A DNA stretch of 40,925 nucleotides from a virus (lineage: Duplodnaviria > Heunggongvirae > Uroviricota > Caudoviricetes). A program made the translations under genes and the position numbers. Shown in pieces: positions 7,596 through 16,695 of this stretch. The notes beneath the pieces were generated by a model. The model ran no database searches and was not told the DNA's origin. It worked only from the letters and a program-made list of their open reading frames with translations. How positions within the stretch are numbered: position 1 is the first letter of the stretch; every line of letters begins with the position of its first letter. The stretch lies in the IMG/VR virus record IMGVR_UViG_2585427787_000014. One strand, written 5' to 3'.

Positions 7596-8115
7596 TAAAA
7601 ATCAAATTGTCAGATATAAGGGTCGAGTATTGCATACGCAAAATTTCTCGGCCCTTTGTGCATCTGATCTTGAGCTGAAGAAAGTATCTGATGCCTTTAC
7701 CCAGTATTGGAAAACGGGATACCATCCATCTCTTGGTAAAGATGCTGCATTTGCTCGTCCGACAGAAATGCTTAAACTAAATGTCAGGCATACTCATGTC
7801 GATAACCAAGACTATATTCCAGAAGATAGTGATAAAAAACACACTGGTAAAAAATCATCTTGGGATGCATGGAAAAAAATAGCGTCTGTGCAAGTAAAAT
7901 GCATACCAACAAGTAATTGCTTTTTAGTTTATTCGGTAAATCACAATCGTGATGCGCTGGTTATGTTTTTTGTTGACGCAGATGCCCACAACATAACTGA
8001 GCAAGAAGAGTTTAAAGAGGCAGCAATCACTATCAGTTATCAATTCTTTGAGAAAACAAAAACAGAACCAATGCCTTTAGAAGAAGATCTTTTTTCTGAT
8101 AAATGGAAGGAATAA
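7570..8115 (+). CDS. YafO-family toxin-like protein (type II TA-like candidate)
   Basis: AAGGA before ATG 7570 (track start 7543). Translation resembles E. coli YafO as I recall it (SLGKDAAF...NVRHTHV...CFLVYSV). AT-rich; has its own terminator. Confidence 0.45.
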   Translation: MSSSASQNDKNQIVRYKGRVLHTQNFSALCASDLELKKVSDAFTQYWKTGYHPSLGKDAAFARPTEMLKLNVRHTHVDNQDYIPEDSDKKHTGKKSSWDAWKKIASVQVKCIPTSNCFLVYSVNHNRDALVMFFVDADAHNITEQEEFKEAAITISYQFFEKTKTEPMPLEEDLFSDKWKE

Positions 8116-8136
8116 GCCCGCGCCGCGGGCTTTTTT
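8116..8136 (+). terminator. rho-independent terminator after the YafO-like gene
   Basis: GC-rich stem GCCCGCG / CGCGGGC followed by T6. Confidence 0.65.
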
Positions 8137-8208
8137 GTGGACGAAACAAAAGTCAGTGCTACACTCATTGACGCCACATTGAGGTGGATTATAGATGGAA
8201 ATTTCACA

Positions 8209-8370
8209 ATGAAAAAAGCATTTGCTGCACTGTTCGTTTTGTTGTCTCTGGTAGCTTCAACTCAGGCCTTTGCCGGTCGTTGTCAGCACGACAGCGATAC
8301 TGCCGCTGACGGCTCCCGCTGCGGTGGGCGTTCTGCGGATTCCCGCCCGGGTGGCGGTGGCATTCGTTAA
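8209..8370 (+). CDS. small secreted peptide (signal peptide plus ~30-aa Gly/Arg/Asp-rich tail)
   Basis: Internal start of track ORF 8137-8370: MKKAFAALFVLLSLVASTQAFA then GRCQHDSDTAADGSRCGGRSADSRPGGGGIR. Confidence 0.3.
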   Translation: MKKAFAALFVLLSLVASTQAFAGRCQHDSDTAADGSRCGGRSADSRPGGGGIR

Positions 8371-8375
8371 AAACA

Positions 8376-8393
8376 AGGCCGCGAAAGCGGCCT
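8376..8393 (-). terminator. hairpin terminator between convergent genes
   Basis: Stem AGGCCGC / GCGGCCT with loop GAAA; T-rich tract follows on the minus strand, downstream of gene 8402-8698. Confidence 0.5.
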
Positions 8394-8401
8394 GTGACAT
8401 G

Positions 8402-8698
8402 TCACGTTCCTTTTCTGAATGATAGCCGTTCGAAAAATGATGACATTCCACCGCAGACAATAGCAAAGATGATCCCACCAAAGAAGAGAAGGCCAGCCTG
8501 CCACCACTCCCACCGCCATACATCCACAGCGCCAATCATACCAACAATCGCTCCAACAAACGGAATATAACTCACGACAAAAGCAACGGGAGCTGCAATT
8601 ACCCAGTGCAACCCCCACCATGATTCAAGCCCAGCCATAATTGCTGCCAACTGAAAAAGACCAACGACGATATAAACAATGAATCCTATAGCTTGCAT
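8402..8698 (-). CDS. small integral membrane protein (last gene of the internal-virion operon)
   Basis: 98-aa ORF with hydrophobic helices separated by a Trp-rich loop (VDVWRWEWWQ). Confidence 0.5.
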   Translation of the reverse strand: MQAIGFIVYIVVGLFQLAAIMAGLESWWGLHWVIAAPVAFVVSYIPFVGAIVGMIGAVDVWRWEWWQAGLLFFGGIIFAIVCGGMSSFFERLSFRKGT

Positions 8699-8710
8699 GT
8701 AGTCACCTAT

Positions 8711-8884
8711 TTACCCATTAAAAATCAGAGGCCTCCCCTCAATAAGGCTTGCAACAAGAACTACTCCCTGCACAACAAAGATGAACCAGCAAATAGCTTG
8801 AGTCTGAGGGTTAAGAAAATATTTGTAGCGGTCAATAAATAACAATCCACCAGAAATTATCACACTCAAAATAATTAAAAACAC
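8711..8884 (-). CDS. small hydrophobic protein (57 aa), GTG start
   Basis: Not in the track. AGGAAG Shine-Dalgarno then GTG; translation VFLIILSVIISGGLLFIDRYKYFLNPQTQAICWFIFVVQGVVLVASLIEGRPLIFNG; fills the gap between the 824-aa gene and 8402-8698. Confidence 0.25.
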   Translation of the reverse strand: MFLIILSVIISGGLLFIDRYKYFLNPQTQAICWFIFVVQGVVLVASLIEGRPLIFNG

Positions 8885-8893
8885 AACACTTCC

Positions 8894-11368
8894 TTATTGC
8901 GGAGTGACATCCTGAGGTCGCCACCAGTATGTCTGGTTAAACTCTTTCTTCGAACGTTGCTCCATTTTACGCAAATAGCCTGGTGAAAAATACTCCTGCA
9001 TCTGGTTAAAGATCATGTGATCGAGAGCCGCCTTCAAGTACCAGAGATTCGCACCAGGCATCAAACCTTTCCCCAGCTTCACCAGATCACCACCAGTCTG
9101 CTCACTCTTCCCTTCCACAGCATTTAACGGTATGCCCTGAGCAATCTTCACTACGTCATCAACCAGACCAGCTACCGGACCAAGCATCGACGCCAGCGCG
9201 CCGCTTCCGTACCTAGTGTGATCTGACAATAAAAAGTCACCATAAAGGCCAAGACCACCACCTTTCAGTAGAGCACCAAGCCAGAATTTTGCGGCATCTT
9301 CTCCTGTCATCTCTCGAGGATTACGACCAGACGCAAGGTCGTTAAGTTGTTGCGACAAAGCGCCAAGAATGGTCGTACTGGCAATAAACGTCGCAATATA
9401 TGCCGCACGCCCACCAGCAGACGGCATACCCATAGCGCGTGACCAGTGACGCATAACAACCGAGATAGGGAACGATTTAAACAGGAAAACACTTCTCGTT
9501 AATTCACCTTTCCATGTTCCACGCTGAATACCAGAACCGGTTATCAGTTGCTCACGTGCTCCCGGTGTAATAACAGCCATATCAACTTCTTCAGTTACGG
9601 CACCGAGCAGTTTACGCATTGCCTCAAATTTCACGCGTTCAGGCTCACCAAGATGTTTAACTGCTGAATCAGGGATACGCATAATGCTTTCCGGTGTCAG
9701 CATCGTATTATTACCGTTCCCCCAGTCCTCCTGTTGCGCCAGCTTCCATACGCTCCAGTCTGTGTCAGTAATCCCTTTGCTTTTCAGGATACGAAAATCA
9801 GAGTCATCGAGGCTACGAAGGTCTGGTGTTCGTGACACTACTTCTCCCAGGCTTCCCATCATGGTTACGCCATAGGCGCGCTTGTGCGCATCTGACCATG
9901 CTGTAAGCCCACTGGCACGCATTACCGCCGTTGCCGCCCAACGAGACACTGACGGCCCCATATTATCCATCGCCCAGCGGTTAACGCTGCCAAGTAGAGA
10001 TTCCATCGCCAGACCAGCGCGGCGCGCCCGCGCAAGTTCTGTACGGTTCGTTGGGTCCATAGCTTCAAGCTGGTTGCGGAATAACTGGTTCATTGGAAGG
10101 TTGGTAACCTTCGCAGACAGATACATGGTTCCAAGATCAGAGAACGATGACAGCAACGCGGATCCGAGTCTGCTGGCAACCAGCCAGTTGCGGATATTGT
10201 CAGACCATCGCGCGATGTGCGGATTCGCTACAGGCTGTGTCTTTCCGGAAATAAAGTTGTACAGATTCTCTGTGTTGTTCGCCAGCCGCTCGACTTTACC
10301 GGTTTTACTCGGGTTAGCTGTTGCCGTTTCTGCCTTAACCTGATCAAGAAGGGAGCGGAAAACATGATCGGGGTTTGGACCATATGTTTCCACCAGTGCA
10401 ATATCTTTACTGATACCTTCCAGGTGACCGACCATGATTTCCCATAGAGAGCGATCGCCATAAAGTTGCTGATATTGCAGATAGGAATCTGCATCTTTGA
10501 AATGTATCTGTCGTGATGCATTACCACGGTTAGCACGTGCGCCGGAAATTCGCATTCCGGTATCAGTAAGCTTATTCAGCCCACCAGTAGCGATCGTGTT
10601 ATAAGCCTCTCCAAGAAATGCAGACAACTCGGCATCGTTCATCAGTTGTCCATCGGCTCGGATATAATATTTGCGATCCAGCTTACCTATAACATCGCTA
10701 ACCCACTTATCCTTTGATACCGCCCCAACCTTTTCCATAGAATGATGTTGAGGGATCCCCCAGTTTTCGAGATAGCCAATGTCCCCACCAGCATCATTAA
10801 ACCTGCGGCGCAGTAGCTCTGTCACTTCTCTCCACGCCTTAGCACCTTTTCTTGCTTTAGCATTGCCAGTATTTTGCCCCCGCATTTCATATACCAGGTC
10901 ACGTACGCCCGCTTCATCTTCAAACAGACCAAAAAAGCGAGGATCAACTGCTTCGAATGCCTCCTGCAATTGACTCAATGCATAATCACGGGTGGCTTTT
11001 GTTCTGGATTCAACAGAGAGGAAATTCGATTTACCGTCTGCATTAAAAGCAATAGTACGGTTAAGAGCGCCAAGTTTCCCATCAGCCCCTTGATAGCTAT
11101 TGATAAATTTATCCAATCTCTGACGTGCGGCTATAGTGAGGGCCACACGACGTTTCTTTAATGCCGCTTCTCGCTGTAATTCTTCAGATGCCAATTGTGC
11201 TGCACGATATAGCCGCTCTGATTCGGAAAGTTGTCTCCACGACATCGGGTCATCACGAGCAATGGAGCGCATATTTCGATAAATGCGGTCTTCAATGTTC
11301 TGTATTTCTCGCGCCGTTAACGTGCGCTGCGCCGCCTGCTGGACCGCTTGTATACATTCCTGTCTCAT
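8894..11368 (-). CDS. large internal virion/ejection protein (T7 gp16 position)
   Basis: 824-aa ORF, last large gene of the block before the tailspike side; function assigned by position and size only. Confidence 0.6.
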   Translation of the reverse strand: MRQECIQAVQQAAQRTLTAREIQNIEDRIYRNMRSIARDDPMSWRQLSESERLYRAAQLASEELQREAALKKRRVALTIAARQRLDKFINSYQGADGKLGALNRTIAFNADGKSNFLSVESRTKATRDYALSQLQEAFEAVDPRFFGLFEDEAGVRDLVYEMRGQNTGNAKARKGAKAWREVTELLRRRFNDAGGDIGYLENWGIPQHHSMEKVGAVSKDKWVSDVIGKLDRKYYIRADGQLMNDAELSAFLGEAYNTIATGGLNKLTDTGMRISGARANRGNASRQIHFKDADSYLQYQQLYGDRSLWEIMVGHLEGISKDIALVETYGPNPDHVFRSLLDQVKAETATANPSKTGKVERLANNTENLYNFISGKTQPVANPHIARWSDNIRNWLVASRLGSALLSSFSDLGTMYLSAKVTNLPMNQLFRNQLEAMDPTNRTELARARRAGLAMESLLGSVNRWAMDNMGPSVSRWAATAVMRASGLTAWSDAHKRAYGVTMMGSLGEVVSRTPDLRSLDDSDFRILKSKGITDTDWSVWKLAQQEDWGNGNNTMLTPESIMRIPDSAVKHLGEPERVKFEAMRKLLGAVTEEVDMAVITPGAREQLITGSGIQRGTWKGELTRSVFLFKSFPISVVMRHWSRAMGMPSAGGRAAYIATFIASTTILGALSQQLNDLASGRNPREMTGEDAAKFWLGALLKGGGLGLYGDFLLSDHTRYGSGALASMLGPVAGLVDDVVKIAQGIPLNAVEGKSEQTGGDLVKLGKGLMPGANLWYLKAALDHMIFNQMQEYFSPGYLRKMEQRSKKEFNQTYWWRPQDVTPQ

Positions 11369-11373
11369 TTAAT

Positions 11374-13176
11374 TTACCCTCTCAAGAAACACGCCACAGC
11401 GACATCAAACAGGCTGGAATCCTGTATTGCCTGCTCACTTTCCCTGTTCGCTTCATCCAGTACTTCACGCGCGCTGCGCGATTGTGGATTACCATCATCA
11501 TCCAGCACGGTGATTATCATGTCCGGAGATTCAAGCAGCGAGTCTTCAGCTATACGCAGATCAATATCTCCTGCCGGATCTGCCATCATTTTTTGTTCTG
11601 TCTGTTGCAATATCTTACCGGGCTCAAAAGGAGCTACTTCGTCTGGCGTCCTGACCTCTGCTGTTTTATAGAATGAAACAGCCTGAGCATTAAGTTCACT
11701 TTCTGCCTGCTGTCGCCGTGCCAGTTCTGCTCGAGCTTCAAAAAACTGACCGCCAGGCTCATGCGGTGCCAACGCGTTACGGGAAAATTCCAGGCGTTCT
11801 TGTGCCTGCCGGATTCGTTGGTCAATATCGCGCAGTCTGGCCTGTTTATCTGATCGAGCACGAGATAAAGCCTTACCGCTACCGGTTGGCTCTTCTGCAA
11901 GAATTTGTGCGCGCTGTTCAGTGAGATTTTCAATAATTCGTTGGCTATTAGCGATTTCAGACTGGTAAACCTGTCTATCGCCACGCGGCAAAAGCTGCGC
12001 GGCCTGTTCTTCAAGCAACCGATTTTCTATAGCGCGCGCCGTTACTCCATCATCTACAGATGACAGAGCCTCATTAACTGCCTGAGACAGCAGACTCTTG
12101 CGCCCAGGAATTTCACTGAAAGATGCAGACTCAACAATGCTGGCAACGTCTACAGGCCTCCCCTGGCTAACATCAGACATGGCTTTTCGCAGAGCCTGAA
12201 TGTGCGAATTACGCGAAAGCACGTTGATCGGAACGCCGGGCGCAATATCAATTTCAGCATGATGAGCGGCATTCGCCGCCAGTGCAGCATCGATATCAAC
12301 TGGTGAAAAATTTGGTGCGTTTGTAGACTCGCCGCGAGAGTTAATAAATCTGCCGACACCACCAAACGCCACCCCAAGAACAGCATCAATAGCAATTGCC
12401 TGTCGATCCAACACATCATACTGGTTAGCCATTTCGCTATAGCCACCATCACGAAGCGTTTTTGCAGTAAGCCCACGCTGTGCCATACCGAACGCAATAT
12501 TTGTACCTGCGGCATAGGCAATATCTGGCGTTGCACGTACTGCTGTTGCTGCGGCGCGTCGCACTGAACTCTCACCCGTCCGCGCAAGCTGAGCCGCCAC
12601 ACCTTCCGCCAGCGCACCACCAGCACGTAACCCGAGGCTCATAGGGATCAGTGTTCCGGCACCAGCAGTAATGCCCTGCACTAATCCCGCTTCCTGCGCC
12701 GTCCTGAAATCAACACCCTGTGCTGTCAGCCGTTCAAACTCAGAAAAACCCTGTAGCGAAGTTACCGCCGCTGCACCTCCGACAGGACCTCCGAGCGTTG
12801 TACCGACAACAGCCTGCCCGCCCATATCGAACAACCCATAAAGAACCTGCCCGGCGGTTCCGGTTGTCGCGGCATCAGGCGTCAGCCGCTTAACCTGCTG
12901 CTCTGCTAGTTTTCTCTGCTCAGCAATGTATGAAACTGAAGTGTCATTGAGCGAGGTGTTTTCGTTAACAAACTGAGCAATCGGGGATACGATTTTATCC
13001 ATCCCTGCCCATAGCAACTGATCTGGCTTTGCCACCAGCCCGGAGTACAAACCAGACAATGCCGCTCCTACAGCATTGTCGAAAAAACCAACATCGCTGT
13101 TAAAGCCAGCTGGATTTGATGCTGCTTCGTCAAGCTGCTGATTCTGGTTTACTGGATTAAGGCCAAAGTAACTCAT
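11374..13176 (-). CDS. internal virion/ejection protein, Gly/Ala-rich
   Basis: 600-aa ORF; ATGA-type overlap with the upstream gene; low-complexity G/A-rich central region. Confidence 0.6.
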   Translation of the reverse strand: MSYFGLNPVNQNQQLDEAASNPAGFNSDVGFFDNAVGAALSGLYSGLVAKPDQLLWAGMDKIVSPIAQFVNENTSLNDTSVSYIAEQRKLAEQQVKRLTPDAATTGTAGQVLYGLFDMGGQAVVGTTLGGPVGGAAAVTSLQGFSEFERLTAQGVDFRTAQEAGLVQGITAGAGTLIPMSLGLRAGGALAEGVAAQLARTGESSVRRAAATAVRATPDIAYAAGTNIAFGMAQRGLTAKTLRDGGYSEMANQYDVLDRQAIAIDAVLGVAFGGVGRFINSRGESTNAPNFSPVDIDAALAANAAHHAEIDIAPGVPINVLSRNSHIQALRKAMSDVSQGRPVDVASIVESASFSEIPGRKSLLSQAVNEALSSVDDGVTARAIENRLLEEQAAQLLPRGDRQVYQSEIANSQRIIENLTEQRAQILAEEPTGSGKALSRARSDKQARLRDIDQRIRQAQERLEFSRNALAPHEPGGQFFEARAELARRQQAESELNAQAVSFYKTAEVRTPDEVAPFEPGKILQQTEQKMMADPAGDIDLRIAEDSLLESPDMIITVLDDDGNPQSRSAREVLDEANRESEQAIQDSSLFDVAVACFLRG

Positions 13177-15686
13177 TGCGGAATATCTCCGGAGAATCTC
13201 TGACGCTTCTGTGTCAGATTAAGAACAACGGGAGAACCATCATCTTTCAGCAGATAACCAGTACCAAGTTTCACCAGGTACTGACTATCGCCGTAACTTT
13301 GCAAACCATACTGACCAGGCGGTGTTTTTATCCCGGAGCCGACAACTTGTTCATTCCAAGCCTGATTAACCTGCTTATCGAATTGCTCTGCAGACATTCC
13401 CCACGGCAAAAGGACATTCCCCATTCCGTTATAGTCATGCACGCCACCTGTAGCTACGTTAACAGCCTGTTTCCAGACATCATTGTCAATTTCGCCTGAT
13501 ACCACGCCTTTTTTCGCCATCACACCAGCGTAATAGTCCTTTGCGATCTCGTATGCCATTGATGCCCCCTGAGCATCACCAGCAAATGCATCCTTCACCA
13601 TGTCAGAAAACTCAAGGCGAAGATCAGCATCTTTAGGCATCGGAATACCTTTCGCATCATCAGTACCTTTACGAGCAGCCGCGCCAGCAAGAATTGTCTG
13701 CGCAGCGGTTTCAGGAGACACGGAAACATCCGGATTAAACCAGTTTTTTTCTGCCAAAATACCACCAGGCTTATCCATCAGTATCCCGGCAACGGCAGCA
13801 GATGGAGCGTTGGCACTGATCTGCTGTAGTGCTGACATATACACCTGCCCACCACCAGTGCTTTGCCTGATGGTATCGAGATATGCTGCCTGTTGGGAAA
13901 CTGGCGCATCACGAAAGAAAACACCGATTTGATTGGCCTCGTCTTTGGAAAAGAACGTCAGTGGAGTGCCATATGACTTGGCAAGATCACTAACCTGAGC
14001 GGCACGCAAGGCAACGCTCTGTCCAAAGTTATCCTTATTGCTCATGTCGATAGGCTTTGCCTGTCCGGCGGCAAGAGAGAACTGCACAGGATCCGATTGC
14101 CGCTGCTTTATCACCTGATTTGCAGCCGAAACAACGTTGTCATAAAGAGCTGCGCGAGCCGCATAACCCTCCCCTGTCTCACCAGTATCTGGGCGCAATT
14201 GCTCAACATATGCTGTAATGCTGCTTGTCGGCATGTTGCGGAAAGAGCCTATATACTGTCCGGCGATCTGCGTATTTCTGAACTCGGTATATCGCAGGTT
14301 TCCTTCTCTGACGCCATAAGCTGCAATAAAATCATCCTCACCTGGTGGGTTAGGAAATTCAACGCCACGCATATACGCAGCCGTCGCATCGCGAACCCGG
14401 CTGTCGAGCATCGTTTTATATTCAGCCTGCTGTTGTCTGGCTAGTGCATCAGTCTGTCGCAACACGCTGGCCTGATCTGATTCACTTAAAGCATCGAACC
14501 AGGCTACACCGGTATAACGTTTATTTTTTGTCGGTAGCTGAGAAAGCCCCAGCGCGGCACTAACACCATCAGTTAACTGCTGATCACTGTATGGCTGGCT
14601 ACCGTTTTCATGATGGATAATGGCTGCACAAAGCGCCTTCAGGGTATCAGGATTTGATGCATCGAGAGGCTCATCAGCAGAAACGCCAAGTTGTTCGCAC
14701 ACTGCTTTGATATACGACATAGTGTCATTTTTATCAGTAGGCGGTGCCCAGCGATTAATTATCTCGCTGACGGTATCAATACCCTGCCGCTGATACGACA
14801 TCAGGTTCCGCCCTAATGCACGAATACCGTGTTCAGGGGTTTCGAATTTGGCAAAGCGACCATCATCACCAGTCTGCCCAACCCACGGATTAGTTTTGCT
14901 GTATTCAAGATTGCCGGGGTTATTGTTGCGTATACCGCGGGTACGATCGGAAGAGCCACTATCTGCTACAGCACGGCGAGATCCAACAGCAGTATCGCTT
15001 AACTCGCCGTTTTGCTGTCTTACCTGAAGATAGTTTGCTCCAATAGCATTTTGAGCAGTTGCTTTTGCTGTTGCTTCTTTAAACTCGATTTTCTTGGCCC
15101 GAATCTGCTCGTCGCTCCAGCCATGCGCAATGCCGTAATCCTCAATTTGCTGGAAAGTTTGCTTATTAGCCAATACGTATGCGGCGTTGTCGCCATACAA
15201 TGCTGCGGCATTTTTACCATTGTTCAGCAGCGTAGCCTGAAACTGACCTTCTTCGTAGGCATTTATTTGCCCTATCTCGTGCCGCCCGGCCTGCGTAGTG
15301 AACTGAATACGCTGCTGCTGTGCCTGCTGCATGAAAGCATTACGAGCCTGTTCATCTTGCAGCGACATAGCCAGTTGTTCGACCTGAGCATCAAACTGCT
15401 GCGTATACTCCTGACCTTTTCCAATAGCATTTTTCCCTTTCAGGTTAAGCAAACCTGTTTCAGGGTTATTCAGCAGATCGCTGCTTATCTGACTGAGGTT
15501 AAGAGATGCCTCCTGTGCCAGAGCGATATTGGCACGCTGTTTTGCCTGACCAAAAACATCAATTGCCTCTGTCCCTGCCCGAACAAAAGCATCACCAATA
15601 CCTGGCTGAGAAAACGTCTGCAAGCCTGCTGACTGAACTCCACGACTCTCAACCTGACGTCCGGATACTGTTGGTACAACTGGCAT
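13173..15686 (-). CDS. large internal virion protein (T7 gp15 position)
   Basis: Start taken at Met 15686 (MPVVPTV...), preceded by GGAGGA and overlapping the upstream stop as TAATG; track ORF extends to 15761. Confidence 0.6.
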   Translation of the reverse strand: MPVVPTVSGRQVESRGVQSAGLQTFSQPGIGDAFVRAGTEAIDVFGQAKQRANIALAQEASLNLSQISSDLLNNPETGLLNLKGKNAIGKGQEYTQQFDAQVEQLAMSLQDEQARNAFMQQAQQQRIQFTTQAGRHEIGQINAYEEGQFQATLLNNGKNAAALYGDNAAYVLANKQTFQQIEDYGIAHGWSDEQIRAKKIEFKEATAKATAQNAIGANYLQVRQQNGELSDTAVGSRRAVADSGSSDRTRGIRNNNPGNLEYSKTNPWVGQTGDDGRFAKFETPEHGIRALGRNLMSYQRQGIDTVSEIINRWAPPTDKNDTMSYIKAVCEQLGVSADEPLDASNPDTLKALCAAIIHHENGSQPYSDQQLTDGVSAALGLSQLPTKNKRYTGVAWFDALSESDQASVLRQTDALARQQQAEYKTMLDSRVRDATAAYMRGVEFPNPPGEDDFIAAYGVREGNLRYTEFRNTQIAGQYIGSFRNMPTSSITAYVEQLRPDTGETGEGYAARAALYDNVVSAANQVIKQRQSDPVQFSLAAGQAKPIDMSNKDNFGQSVALRAAQVSDLAKSYGTPLTFFSKDEANQIGVFFRDAPVSQQAAYLDTIRQSTGGGQVYMSALQQISANAPSAAVAGILMDKPGGILAEKNWFNPDVSVSPETAAQTILAGAAARKGTDDAKGIPMPKDADLRLEFSDMVKDAFAGDAQGASMAYEIAKDYYAGVMAKKGVVSGEIDNDVWKQAVNVATGGVHDYNGMGNVLLPWGMSAEQFDKQVNQAWNEQVVGSGIKTPPGQYGLQSYGDSQYLVKLGTGYLLKDDGSPVVLNLTQKRQRFSGDIPQ

Positions 15687-16231
15687 TATAATCCTCCGGG
15701 TAATCTGGTTCCTGCTGCTGCCCCGATTGGCGCAGGAGTGCTTTGAGTAAACGGACTCCACGTCCCACCAAACATCTGGTACGCACCGTATGCCTTCAGA
15801 GGCGCAGTGAGCAATGTTGTTGCTGCTCCCACATTCACCTGTTTACGGGCTGAACTGGCTTCTGCTTTATAGTTGGCAGCCTGAACCTGATAACCGTAAG
15901 CCTCGCGTTGCGCGTTATTCACCGTCGTCAGAGAATCAAGAGCGCCAAACTGGGCAGTGTCGCCAAATATATCCAGCGCGTTACCTGTAGATAAATCAGC
16001 GCCGGTAGCCCCCATTGTCGCCGCCTGTGTACCAAGCCGCTGTCGGGTCTCTCTGCGCCGTTGCTCAGCTTCAGCGTTACCTCTGTTTATTGCATCATTT
16101 GCCTGAGCTGTGGCTATATCTGCGTTCGCTTCTGCAACCTTCGAGGCATACTTTCCCTGTTGGTACTGGGTGTATGCCTGAATGCCACTCATGGCGAGCA
16201 TTGCGCCACCAGCAATAACCGGATCGCACAT
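15686..16231 (-). CDS. internal virion protein, T7 gp14-like
   Basis: 181-aa ORF; N-terminus MCDPVIAGGAMLAMSGIQAY resembles the T7 gp14 N-terminus as I recall it; Ala/Gln-rich. Confidence 0.5.
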   Translation of the reverse strand: MCDPVIAGGAMLAMSGIQAYTQYQQGKYASKVAEANADIATAQANDAINRGNAEAEQRRRETRQRLGTQAATMGATGADLSTGNALDIFGDTAQFGALDSLTTVNNAQREAYGYQVQAANYKAEASSARKQVNVGAATTLLTAPLKAYGAYQMFGGTWSPFTQSTPAPIGAAAGTRLPGGL

Positions 16232-16695
16232 TATTTTCTCTCCATGTGAAATCTGTGGAAATTAAGACCAAGAGCACCATAAGGCGCGGCTTCTTCAAGC
16301 CTGAATCCAAGCCAGTGCAGCCATGCTTTGGCAACATGGTTTCGCTCGTCGACGTAGTTTTCCAGGCGCGGATAAACTGCCAGCATCTGCTGCAATACCG
16401 GGCGGCAGTGGCGCAGAAATGTCTTCTGATATTTTTCAATACGGCTTGTCCCGACCAGCCATGGCGTACCATTGCCACCGATCATTGACGCCGGAGATAC
16501 ACCAAACATGGTTACCAGTTCTCCGTTCGCAAATCCTGACCAGGCCATAGTCGCAGTGCGCAGACCAACACGCAGCGCATCTTCGGTAGTCATCAGCGAT
16601 ACCGCATACAGTTCGTCAATATCAGCCTGACGAACATCCGGCAAAATCATCTGAAGATGCTCTTCGGTTGCGGGAATAATTTGAACATCGATCAT
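16231..16695 (-). CDS. virion protein (T7 gp13 position)
   Basis: 154-aa ORF, translationally coupled on both sides; assignment by position. Confidence 0.45.
   Translation of the reverse strand: MIDVQIIPATEEHLQMILPDVRQADIDELYAVSLMTTEDALRVGLRTATMAWSGFANGELVTMFGVSPASMIGGNGTPWLVGTSRIEKYQKTFLRHCRPVLQQMLAVYPRLENYVDERNHVAKAWLHWLGFRLEEAAPYGALGLNFHRFHMERK

Noticed and set aside
9882-10343. 153-aa plus-strand ORF (and neighbouring 10217-10447, 10779-11161)
   Set aside because: All lie antisense inside the 824-aa virion protein gene; no independent support.
12150-12626. 158-aa minus-strand ORF in an alternative frame
   Set aside because: Nested inside the 600-aa gene in a different frame; Arg/Trp/Leu-rich shadow-frame composition.
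15012-15632. 206-aa plus-strand ORF
   Set aside because: Antisense within the 838-aa internal virion protein gene; low-complexity Leu/Cys/Ser-rich translation.
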